Notes under the pieces: generated by a model
The model's input: only the letters and a program-made list of their open reading frames with translations
What the model was told of the DNA's origin: nothing
Databases searched by the model: none
Shown here: in pieces, positions 24,787-32,000 of the stretch
How positions within the stretch are numbered: position 1 is the stretch's first letter
How the letters are laid out: every line of letters starts with the position of its first letter
Assembly: GCF_008065095.1 (NCBI RefSeq)
Contig: NZ_CP042911.1
Span: 8,070,001 to 8,102,000 of the forward strand
DNA from: Gemmata obscuriglobus
GTDB taxonomy: Bacteria > Planctomycetota > Planctomycetia > Gemmatales > Gemmataceae
Direction of reading: 5' to 3'
Length of the DNA stretch: 32,000 nucleotides
Position numbers and translations under genes: made by a program

Positions 24787-25509
24787 GATGCACGCAAGCG
24801 CATTCGCTTCAATACCTTGCGCCGATCTACATGAGCCACACTGGAATCGGCCCTCGTTTCCTTCGGGTCGCATTTGGGTCGCAAACGCTCGATTCCGAGA
24901 GGTCGCAGGTACCCAGCAAACCGGTAGCGAATCGGTAGTCGCACGCCAGCAGATGTCCCGCCGGTGCCCCATCGGCTGCAATCTGCCGGCGCTGTAACGG
25001 GGGTTACAGCGCCGCCCGCGAGCACCGCACCGCCGCAGGTTGATTGCGCGGTGCAATCAAACGTACCAGACACACAACCGGCAGTCGCCATCATGCACGC
25101 GCCGCCCGTTTCGTCGCCTTCGTTCTATCGCCTCGCGCAAGGAGCCGCAGAACTGCGATCGTCGCATCACGTACCCCGATACCCCACGACCGAAGACACG
25201 TCCGTCTCTAATCCAATGGCACCGATCACCACCGGGCGATGCGGTCGCCGCACAACGCCCCATGTCGTGCCAGATCCGCGCCGGTAGCGACGCTGCCTTT
25301 TCGGGGCACGCACCTCGACGCCCGCCGAGGTGCCCCGTCTCCGGCACCAAGAGGGATCTGCTAACAAGCCGCCGCGCACTTCCCCAACCCACCGGACGTT
25401 CCGGTTCATTGCCGACAACACCGACGAGTGGCCGGTCGCCTGGATGTGCGAGGCGCGGGAGGTGTCGGCTTCCGAGTATCACTTCGGGCTGATGCGGCTG
25501 GCGCAACAG
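24787..25509 (+). pseudogene. decayed IS3-family orfA/orfB 5' relic, apparently two diverged tandem units (about 350-365 nt period)
   Basis: Unit 2:
- ..RRITYPDT..PSLIQWHR..AFSGH.. (orfA-like, several frameshifts).
- RDLL(.)KAAAHF is readable around 25350-25378 across a 1-nt shift.
- FIADNTDEWPVAWMCEAREVSASEYH..RLAQQ (25405-25509) is the typical IS3 OrfB N-terminus (.FPV..MC..L.VS.SGYY).

Unit 1 (about 24796-25140) shares ordered anchors: KRIRFNTL, CCGGTAGCGA (24921 vs 25272), GCACGC, CCCGCCG.GTGCCCC, CTG.TAAC, CCGG..TCGCC, RLAQ. Confidence 0.5.
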
Positions 25510-25588
25510 GCACGCCCCCCCCGGCCGGGCGCTCGGCCCGGTGCTCGTCGTGGTCGGGGTGGTGTGCGTGAAGTACCTGTGACCGCAG

Positions 25589-26986
25589 TCACGGTTTCGT
25601 CTTCGGCGCGGCGTACTGGCGCAGGTCGATCTCGCCGGCTGACCGCTCAGGCTCGCGGGAGAGGGGTCGACTGTTGAATAGGTTTAACCATATTCTGGTT
25701 TGCGTCGGCACCTGATCGAGCGGGGTAAACGCCGCTCTCGTGTACCCGGCCGCGGCACATGCTCCGAAAACCTCCCGCAGCTCTTCGGCTGGATGCAACT
25801 TGTACGCAGAAATGCGGACCGCTTTGGGTCCCTTTGGGTCAGCGTGTGCTCGGGTCAGATACTTCGTAAGGGCGTCAAGACTGGAGCAGAGCATTTCGGC
25901 TACCTGTCCGTTCACCGTCTCACGCACCACGAACGGGTGCGTCCCGCACTGGTCGCCGATCTCGACGGCGATGTCTTGACCCAACTTGGCGGCGTCCTTG
26001 TCTCTCTTCGCGTTTTCCAGTTTCGTCTTCTCGCTCGACAGGTCGGCATGCATCTGGTCGATCAGTTCCTTCTGCTTCTGGAGATCCGCCAACTGCTTTT
26101 CGATCTTCTTGATCGGATCGCTCTCGGCCGGCGCTGGCGGTACGCTGAGCGCGGCCAGCGGTTCGGTCGCGCGCGCGGCGTTTGCCGTACGCCCCGCTGT
26201 GCCGAACGTGAGCACCCCGGCCCCGGCCACCAGCACCAGAACTGCCGCGGCGGTCATCACCTTCTTCATCCAGAACATGCGAAGCACTCCGTCGGTGAGC
26301 TGGGCTACGGCCGGGGACAAACCCGGCGCGGCCAGCGCGGATGTTGAGTACACGGTCGCGGACCGAACCGTGGCGCGAGCGAACCCGGCCGGCAGCGCGA
26401 CCGCCGCGCCGGCCAGCGCGGCCGACCAACCCGTCCCGAGCCGCGCCCGCAGGCGCGACAGCGCCCGGTTAAGCCGGGCCGAGAGAGTTCCCTCCGGGCA
26501 CCCCAGGTGCTCCGCGGCCTCGCGCCGGGTGAACCCCTGGAGGTGGCACAGCACCACCGCCGCTCGTTCGCGTTCCGACAGGGCGAGCAGGGCCGCGTCC
26601 AGATCGAGCCGTTCCGCGTTCGGGTCGGCTGGCGCGAGCGGTTCGTGCTCCATCGGACCGTTCACTGCGGCGCGGCGGCGGTTGGCGCGGACCACGTTGC
26701 GCGCGGTCAGCGCCGCGACCCGGTACAGCCAGGGGCCGAGCGGCGTGTCACGATCGAGCTTGGCCGCACGGCGGAGCAGCACCAAGAACGTCGCCTGGAA
26801 CGCGTCTTCGGCGTCCTGCGTGTTGGCGAGCGCGCGGCGGCACGCGCCCCACACCACCGGCCCGTAGCGGCGGACCAGTTCGGTGAACGCGGCCTCGTCC
26901 CGCTCGCGCAGGAAACGGTCGATCAGGTTCTGGTCGGGAGCGGGCACCGCACCGCACCCGCGAAGGACTGTCAGAAGCCGGCTCAT
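25589..26986 (-). CDS. ECF-type sigma-70 factor with fused TM helix, coiled coil and C-terminal extracytoplasmic domain
   Basis: - Sigma region 2: FTELVRRYGPVVWGACRRALANTQDAEDAFQATFLVLL.
- Sigma region 4: LSERERAAVVLCHLQGFTRREAAEHLGCPEGTLSARLNRALSRLR.
- TM segment VMTAAAVLVLVAGAGVLTF.
- Heptad-like IKKIEKQLADLQKQKELIDQMHADLSSEKTKLENAK, then about 150 aa of globular tail.
- ATG at 26986 is preferred over the TTG at 27064. Confidence 0.85.
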   Translation of the reverse strand: MSRLLTVLRGCGAVPAPDQNLIDRFLRERDEAAFTELVRRYGPVVWGACRRALANTQDAEDAFQATFLVLLRRAAKLDRDTPLGPWLYRVAALTARNVVRANRRRAAVNGPMEHEPLAPADPNAERLDLDAALLALSERERAAVVLCHLQGFTRREAAEHLGCPEGTLSARLNRALSRLRARLGTGWSAALAGAAVALPAGFARATVRSATVYSTSALAAPGLSPAVAQLTDGVLRMFWMKKVMTAAAVLVLVAGAGVLTFGTAGRTANAARATEPLAALSVPPAPAESDPIKKIEKQLADLQKQKELIDQMHADLSSEKTKLENAKRDKDAAKLGQDIAVEIGDQCGTHPFVVRETVNGQVAEMLCSSLDALTKYLTRAHADPKGPKAVRISAYKLHPAEELREVFGACAAAGYTRAAFTPLDQVPTQTRIWLNLFNSRPLSREPERSAGEIDLRQYAAPKTKP

Positions 26987-27054
26987 GCCCCCATAGTGTC
27001 CGGAAACCGCCCGGCGCGTGCGGAAAATCCGCCCCTCGCGCGTAAAACACCCGC

Positions 27055-27858
27055 ATGAACCCAATCGACAGCCTCTTCCAGCGGCTGCGCGCCCAGAAGC
27101 GCGCCGCGTTCATGCCGTTCCTGACCGCCGGCGACCCCGACATCGCGTTCACCCGCGAGCTGCTGCCCGCGGTCGCCGACGCCGGCGCCGACCTGATGGA
27201 GATCGGGTTCCCGTTCTCCGACCCGATCGCCGACGGCCCGGTGATTCAGGCGTCGTACACCCGCGCGCTGAACCACAAGCTCAAGATCGCCGACGTGTTC
27301 GCGGCGCTGCGCGACACCGCCGCGCGGCCCAACTGGTCCGCGCCGCTGGTGTCGATGGCGTCCTACTCGCTCATGTTCAAGATGGGGCCGACCGCGTTCA
27401 TCGAAGCGGCCCAGAAGTCCGGCGTGAGCGGGGCCGTGGTTCCCGACGTGCCGGTCGAAGAAGCCGAAGAGCTGTCAAAGCTCGCCCGCGACCGCGACTT
27501 CAAGCTGATCCTGCTCGTCACCCCCACCACCTCGCCCGAGCGCGCCGCGAAGGTGGTGCAGGCGTGCAGCGGGTTCGTGTACGTGGTCAGCGTGGTCGGC
27601 ATCACCGGTGCGCGCGAGGCGCTTCCGAGCGCGTTGCGCGAGCAGCTCGCGCGGCTCCGCACGATGACCGACCTGCCGCTGTGCGTGGGGTTCGGGGTGA
27701 GCCGGCCGGAGCAGGTGCGCGACCTCAAGGAGATCGCCGACGGCGTCATTGTGGGCAGCGCGGTGGTGAAGAAGCTTGAAGCCGCCGGCGCCGACCGCGC
27801 GAAGGGACTGGAAGACGTGAAGCGGTTCGTCGCAGAGCTTCGCGCGCCGTTGGGGTGA
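27055..27858 (+). CDS. trpA: tryptophan synthase alpha chain
   Basis: FMPFLTAGDPD and EIGFPFSDPIADGPVIQ hallmark motifs, and a C-terminal GVIVGSAVVK. 267 aa. No trpB is adjacent. Confidence 0.93.
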   Translation: MNPIDSLFQRLRAQKRAAFMPFLTAGDPDIAFTRELLPAVADAGADLMEIGFPFSDPIADGPVIQASYTRALNHKLKIADVFAALRDTAARPNWSAPLVSMASYSLMFKMGPTAFIEAAQKSGVSGAVVPDVPVEEAEELSKLARDRDFKLILLVTPTTSPERAAKVVQACSGFVYVVSVVGITGAREALPSALREQLARLRTMTDLPLCVGFGVSRPEQVRDLKEIADGVIVGSAVVKKLEAAGADRAKGLEDVKRFVAELRAPLG

Positions 27859-27992
27859 TAAAGGCCGGGTTCACCGCAGAGGGCACGAGAGGGCGCAGAG
27901 AGAAAAAGCCGAAGAGCGTGAGGGCAAGCTCAACGCTCTTCGGCTTTTCTCTCTGTGCCCTCTCGTGCCCTCTGCGGTGAACCCGGCCTTTA
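27859..27992. repeat. 134-nt near-perfect palindrome (about 60-nt arms, 13-nt loop) filling the trpA/methyltransferase convergent gap; probable bidirectional terminator / REP-like element
   Basis: The left arm (27859-27919) is TAAAGGCCGGGTTCACCGCAGAGGGCACGAGAGGGCGCAGAGAGAAAAAGCCGAAGAGCGT. The right arm (27933-27992) is its reverse complement with 1 mismatch and a 1-nt indel. The loop is GAGGGCAAGCTCA. Confidence 0.85.
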
Positions 27993-29036
27993 CTCTTCGC
28001 CCGCGCCGGACAGCACCACCGCGTACCCGCGGTTCTCGATCACCGAGCAGTCGCCGAACGTGTCGAAGATCAGCGGCATCACCGCGGTCGGCATCTTCGT
28101 GACGAGGTAGTACCGGCCGCCGGGCTTCAGCAGGTCGCGCGCGCCCTCAATGAACAGCCGCGTGATCTCCGACTTCGCGTAGTACGGCGGGTTCGCCAGG
28201 ATCACGTCGAACTTGTCTTCCTCCAACCCCTGAAGCCGGGTCGCGTTCACGAACCGCGTGTTCGTGACGCCGTTCGCCTTGGCGTTGAGTTCCGCGAGAG
28301 CGATCGCCCGTAAGCTGCTGTCGATGAACGTGACCCGCGCGTCCGGCCCCGCCATCGCGCCCGCCAGACACCCGACCGCACCGTTTCCGCACCCCAGGTC
28401 GAGAACGGTGTCACCGGGGCGGATCTCCGCGACCTCGAGCATCGCGCGCGAGCCCGCGTCGAACCGGCCGTAGCTGAACGTACCGGGGCGCGACACGAAC
28501 TCCATCGACGCCCCGGCGCCGATCTTCGCGTGGTACTTCACCTCGTGCCGCCGGCGGCTCCCGCTCTCCTCCGCCTTCGTGCTGAAGAACGCCATGCCGT
28601 TCTCGCTCGCCGGCGTCTCCCCGCACTTGCCGAAGATCTTCTTCTGGAGCTTCGCGAACTGGCTGTCGCGCTCGTACTCGGAGAGCGTCAGGAACAGCCC
28701 GCCGACCGTGAGGACGTGCGCGGCCTGCTCCACGATGTCCAGCTTCAGCTCGCGGTCCGCCTGCGAGGACGCCGGGAAGATCACCGTGCCGAACCGCTGC
28801 GGCAGGTCCCACATGTCCGCGACCGTGACCACCTCGGCGCTCGCGCCCACCTCGGCGAGCGTCTCGCGCACGCGGTCGGTCTGGTGCAGGTCGAGCTGCG
28901 CGCAGGTGACTTCGGTTTCGGGGAGGTTGAGCGCCTTCACGAGGTTGGCGACCGGCCACGGCGGGCCGACCGCGATCAGCACCGGCGGCTTGACGCGGTG
29001 CGCGACCGTGGCGAAGAGTTCGGTAACGTGCTTCAT
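27990..29036 (-). CDS. class I SAM-dependent methyltransferase, RsmC/RlmG-like two-domain (MTS) type
   Basis: C-terminal domain motifs VLDLGCGNGAVG (motif I), FIDSS, and DVILANPPYY (NPPY motif IV). An N-terminal degenerate methyltransferase-like domain is present. ATG at 29036. The ORF track's 29129 start adds an implausible N-terminus. Confidence 0.85.
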   Translation of the reverse strand: MKHVTELFATVAHRVKPPVLIAVGPPWPVANLVKALNLPETEVTCAQLDLHQTDRVRETLAEVGASAEVVTVADMWDLPQRFGTVIFPASSQADRELKLDIVEQAAHVLTVGGLFLTLSEYERDSQFAKLQKKIFGKCGETPASENGMAFFSTKAEESGSRRRHEVKYHAKIGAGASMEFVSRPGTFSYGRFDAGSRAMLEVAEIRPGDTVLDLGCGNGAVGCLAGAMAGPDARVTFIDSSLRAIALAELNAKANGVTNTRFVNATRLQGLEEDKFDVILANPPYYAKSEITRLFIEGARDLLKPGGRYYLVTKMPTAVMPLIFDTFGDCSVIENRGYAVVLSGAGEE

Positions 29037-29212
29037 GCGTGCATTGTAGTTCCCGGCCCGGCACGTGGGCCGCCGGGCACGGTAGCACTTAACTTTATCC
29101 TCGGCCGCGTGTGCAGCTCGGCCGTTCAAATGTTTCGGCCCGGCTCGGGCACCTCACCGGGCGACCGCCGGGACCCGAACGTGGGCCAGAGGCTCGCGCT
29201 GCGGCGCCGCTC

Positions 29213-30187
29213 TCAGCCGCCCTTGAGTCGGCGCCCCAACTCGAACACGCCGCGCAGCACCGGTACGCCCCAACGCTTCCGCGTAAGATACGGGCCGGTC
29301 CGCCGGGTCGCGGCGTCGATCAGCCCCTCCAGCACCGCGTCGGCGGCGGCGGGCTGGGCGTCCTCGCGCTCGTGACAGTAACGGTGGTAGGCGTAGCGCA
29401 GGTATGCGCTGTACGCCGACAACAGCCCGCGCCCGCTCAGCTTTCGGTGCTTGCGGATCAGCCGCGCGAGGTTCCGCGTGTCGTAGTACCGCTGCCACTT
29501 CTTCCCCGCGCGTTTGAACGCGGTCGAGCCCTTGTGCCACACGAGCGCCTCGGCCAGCACCCCGCACCCGTAGCCCGCTTCTTTCACCCGCAGGCAGAAG
29601 TCGGCTTCCTCGTGGATCAGGAAGAAGTGATCGTCGATCAGGCCCACGCGCTCGAGCACGTCGCGCCGCACCATCATGCAGCACCCGTTCACGATGTCGG
29701 TGTCGTCCACCGCGGGCGGCTCGGCGGCGCGCTCGGGCACCTCTTTACGCTGGAAGAACCCGGGAAAGCCCGGCGGGTTGAACGTCACCCCGTCGGTCAT
29801 CACCACGTCGGGCTCGTCCATGTACCGGATGACCGGACCGATCACACCGAACGACGGGTGCGACCGGAACGCGTCGAGCAGCCGGCCGACGATGTCGGGA
29901 GCGACCGTCGTATCGTTGTTGAGCAGCAGGACGTAATCCGCGCCGCGTTCGAGCGCGTAACGGATGCCGGTGTTGTTCCCGCCGGACCAGCCGAGGTTCG
30001 CGCCGTTGCGGACGACGTGAGCCCACCGGAACTCCGCGCGTAGCGCGGGCGTCGGGTCGGGTTCGGACGCGTTGTCGACCAGGACCACGTTCGCGGCCGG
30101 CGACAGGTCGGCCAGCGACCGCAGGCACTTCCGCGTGTCGTCGAGGCCGTTGTAGTTGACCGGCACGATCCACACGTTCGGCGTCAC
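29213..30187 (-). CDS. family 2 glycosyltransferase
   Basis: WIVPVNYNGLDDTRKCLRSL..VVLVDNASEPD...NLGWSGGNNTGIRYALERGADYVLLLNNDT...GCCMMVRR are GT2 motifs. The GTG start at 30187 overlaps the upstream stop (GTGA). The 592-aa ORF in the track is an out-of-context 5' extension. Confidence 0.8.
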   Translation of the reverse strand: MTPNVWIVPVNYNGLDDTRKCLRSLADLSPAANVVLVDNASEPDPTPALRAEFRWAHVVRNGANLGWSGGNNTGIRYALERGADYVLLLNNDTTVAPDIVGRLLDAFRSHPSFGVIGPVIRYMDEPDVVMTDGVTFNPPGFPGFFQRKEVPERAAEPPAVDDTDIVNGCCMMVRRDVLERVGLIDDHFFLIHEEADFCLRVKEAGYGCGVLAEALVWHKGSTAFKRAGKKWQRYYDTRNLARLIRKHRKLSGRGLLSAYSAYLRYAYHRYCHEREDAQPAAADAVLEGLIDAATRRTGPYLTRKRWGVPVLRGVFELGRRLKGG

Positions 30188-31173
30188 GCGCGTGTCCCCC
30201 CCACGGTCTGCTTCGCCCCGCGCGCACGGCGCGCCAGCGGCCCCGGCATCAGGCACAGTGCCGTCAGCGCCAGCGTGTACGGCCGCCAGTCGCCCGCCCG
30301 GAGCGACCGCCAGAACCGCTTCCGCGCGGTCGCCGTGTCGCCGCGGTCGTATGCCAGGTACGCGTGCCCGAACAGGTGCGTTCGGAGCTGCTGCTGGATG
30401 AACGCGCGGTCCGGCGGCGCGAGGTCGCACTTCACCAGCACGTTGCGAAGCGCCTGAACGAACTCCGCGATCATCTTGTCGTGGTTGCTCGACATGTTGT
30501 CGAGGTGCCGGGTGTACTTCGCCAGCGGTTCCGCCATGTACGCCCAGGTGAACCGGTGCGCCATCCGCAGCCACAGCTCCCAGTCGGCCGCGCCGCACAA
30601 CGTCGGCTCGAACCGGCCGACCGACTCGAACGCCTCGCGCCGAACGATCGTGGCCCCGATAAAGACCGGGTTGCGAACGGCCATGCGCCGAAAAAACGGC
30701 CCGCGGTCCAGAACACGGAACCCGGGCTCGGGCTCTTTGTGCGGGAGGTTGAAGAACGCCTCCTGGCCCGCGGACTCGATCCACGAAACGTACCCCTCCT
30801 GCGGGTTGCCCATCCGCGCCTCGGCGAACAGCGCGTCCACCTGGGGGTGCTTGTCGAGAAATTCGACCGCCCGGGCCGCGGCGCCGGGGAGCCACTCGTC
30901 GTCGCAGTCGAGGAACCCGACGTACCGGCCGGTGCTGATTTTGAACGCCGCGTTGCGCGCGGTCGCGGGGGTGCCGCTGTTCGGCTGCCACAGGTACTTC
31001 GCGCGCGGGTCGGTTGCCGCCACAACCTCGCGCGTGTCGTCGGTGGAGCCGTCGTCCGCGACGATGACCTCCAGGTCCGGAACGCCGCTCTGCTTGAGCG
31101 TCGTGAGGCAGTCGCGGACGTACCCCGAGCGGTTGAACGTCGGGACGATGACGGTGAGGGCCGGGGCGCTCAT
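30184..31173 (-). CDS. family 2 glycosyltransferase
   Basis: LTVIVPTFNRSGYVRDCL...LEVIVADDGSTDDT...GRYVGFLDCDDEW are GT2 signatures. AGGAGG lies 5 nt upstream of ATG 31173. That ATG overlaps the upstream stop (ATGA). Confidence 0.85.
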   Translation of the reverse strand: MSAPALTVIVPTFNRSGYVRDCLTTLKQSGVPDLEVIVADDGSTDDTREVVAATDPRAKYLWQPNSGTPATARNAAFKISTGRYVGFLDCDDEWLPGAAARAVEFLDKHPQVDALFAEARMGNPQEGYVSWIESAGQEAFFNLPHKEPEPGFRVLDRGPFFRRMAVRNPVFIGATIVRREAFESVGRFEPTLCGAADWELWLRMAHRFTWAYMAEPLAKYTRHLDNMSSNHDKMIAEFVQALRNVLVKCDLAPPDRAFIQQQLRTHLFGHAYLAYDRGDTATARKRFWRSLRAGDWRPYTLALTALCLMPGPLARRARGAKQTVGGTRA

Positions 31174-32000
31174 CGGGCCTCCTCGTTTGTGGCCTTCGGT
31201 AGTAACTTCAGCCGCTGCCCGAGCGCGGTGGCCACCGCCCGCACCGGGCTCCCGGTCTGCCACAGGCGCCGCGGCCAGTACGGGGGCACCCACGGGTGGC
31301 CCCGCGCGACCGCCCGGTCGAAGCTCGGCCAGTCGATCTCGCCCGTGGCGTCGAGGTGCCGCACCAGGTGCCCGAGCAGCGTGTTCCCCGCCAAAGCGGC
31401 CGGCCCGGCGAAGAAGTGCAGCAGCTTCGCCCCGCGGGCGTGAACCGGGTGCGCCGCGACCATCGCGTTGTATGCGGTTGGCAGTTCAAGGACGCGCACC
31501 GGGATTTCGGTCGTGTGCAGCGTGTAGTTGAGCGGCAACTGGTCGTCGTGCTCGCCCACCGCGTGCGACTCCCGCAACCGCTCCCGCCATTCCGCGACCA
31601 ACTGGTGCACCGCCGGAACGTCTCGCAGGTACTGAATGCCCGCATTGAAATACCGCCGGAGCGGGCCGCCCCAGCCATGCTTTTGCAGCTTCGGCTCGAT
31701 CCAGTTCGGCGCCGTCGGGTGTACCGGGCGGTGGTGGTTCCGGTCCTGGACCAGGGCCACGTCCCAGTCCGCTCGCTCGAACAGGTCCGCGAACGGGCGC
31801 ACCGGGAGCGTGTCGCCGTCCAGGTACGTCAGGTCGCCCGCGACCAGGCTCCGCACGCGGGTCTTCAGCTCGAAGCTCCGCGCGACCAAGTTGGGCAGGT
31901 CGGCCGCGGCCCAGATCACGCGATCGAACTGCCCCAGCAGCCGGCCGCGGTCGCCGGTCAGGTACGCGCGGCTGTCCTCGTCGCCGATCAGCACCGCCGG
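31170..32000 (-). CDS. nucleotide-diphospho-sugar transferase, GT8-like (tentative); 5' end probably outside window
   Basis: TYLDGDTLPVRP (DxD) and RRYFNAGIQYL motifs. The frame is open to the window edge. The stop TGA at 31170-31172 overlaps the next gene's ATG. Confidence 0.65.
   Translation of the reverse strand, partial: PAVLIGDEDSRAYLTGDRGRLLGQFDRVIWAAADLPNLVARSFELKTRVRSLVAGDLTYLDGDTLPVRPFADLFERADWDVALVQDRNHHRPVHPTAPNWIEPKLQKHGWGGPLRRYFNAGIQYLRDVPAVHQLVAEWRERLRESHAVGEHDDQLPLNYTLHTTEIPVRVLELPTAYNAMVAAHPVHARGAKLLHFFAGPAALAGNTLLGHLVRHLDATGEIDWPSFDRAVARGHPWVPPYWPRRLWQTGSPVRAVATALGQRLKLLPKATNEEAR

Noticed and set aside
30188-30991. 5' extension of the GT2 ORF to 592 aa (track ORF 29213..30991)
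   Set aside because: The extension is an Arg/Gly/Pro-rich alternative frame of the upstream GT2 gene. GT2 homology starts right at the GTG at 30187, which overlaps the upstream stop.

Overview
GC-rich bacterial chromosomal window, roughly two-thirds G+C by eye, so almost every frame carries long spurious ORFs. The protein repertoire looks planctomycetal (Gemmata/Gemmataceae-like). It includes a DUF1559 / H-X9-DG prepilin-type protein with a small lipoprotein partner, an ECF sigma factor with a long fused membrane-anchored extension, a 1013-aa membrane Ser/Thr kinase, and the 'ILADALQEAGC...HVRGCWVxDL' tail family.

Supported features: about 27 protein-coding genes and one tRNA-Ser(GGA). The genes are the accC 3' end, two tandem zinc-ribbon mini-proteins, lpdA, a ferritin-like protein, an MFS transporter, an ankyrin protein, an S9B dipeptidyl peptidase, a GT87-like membrane protein, panD, a DUF1080 protein, trpA, an RsmC/RlmG-like methyltransferase and three translationally coupled glycosyltransferases.

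There are two insertion-sequence graveyards:
- 14.26-16.4 kb holds an internally deleted, frameshifted IS66-family element with GTAAGCG ends. It is nested in the relic of a second IS, followed by an AT-rich island and an IS3-like relic.
- 23.3-25.5 kb holds an ISAs1-family element with intact CAGGG inverted repeats and a 10-bp target duplication but a frameshifted transposase. It is followed by a tandemly duplicated IS3-like orfA/orfB relic.

The two IS3-like relics are homologous in inverted orientation and bracket the ~7 kb of genes at 16614-23192.

Other notable signals:
- a perfect 28-bp inverted repeat inserted in frame inside the ferritin-like gene
- a 134-nt near-perfect palindrome that exactly fills the gap between trpA and the methyltransferase
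- a GTTCC/GGAAC motif cluster with a 3x heptamer repeat in a divergent promoter region
- an unusual kinase-RDD-pseudokinase-RDD architecture

No rRNA, CRISPR array or recognisable defence, toxin-antitoxin or secretion system was seen. I did not find a convincing novel multi-gene system. All alignments are hand-made and all family assignments come from motif recognition, not searches.
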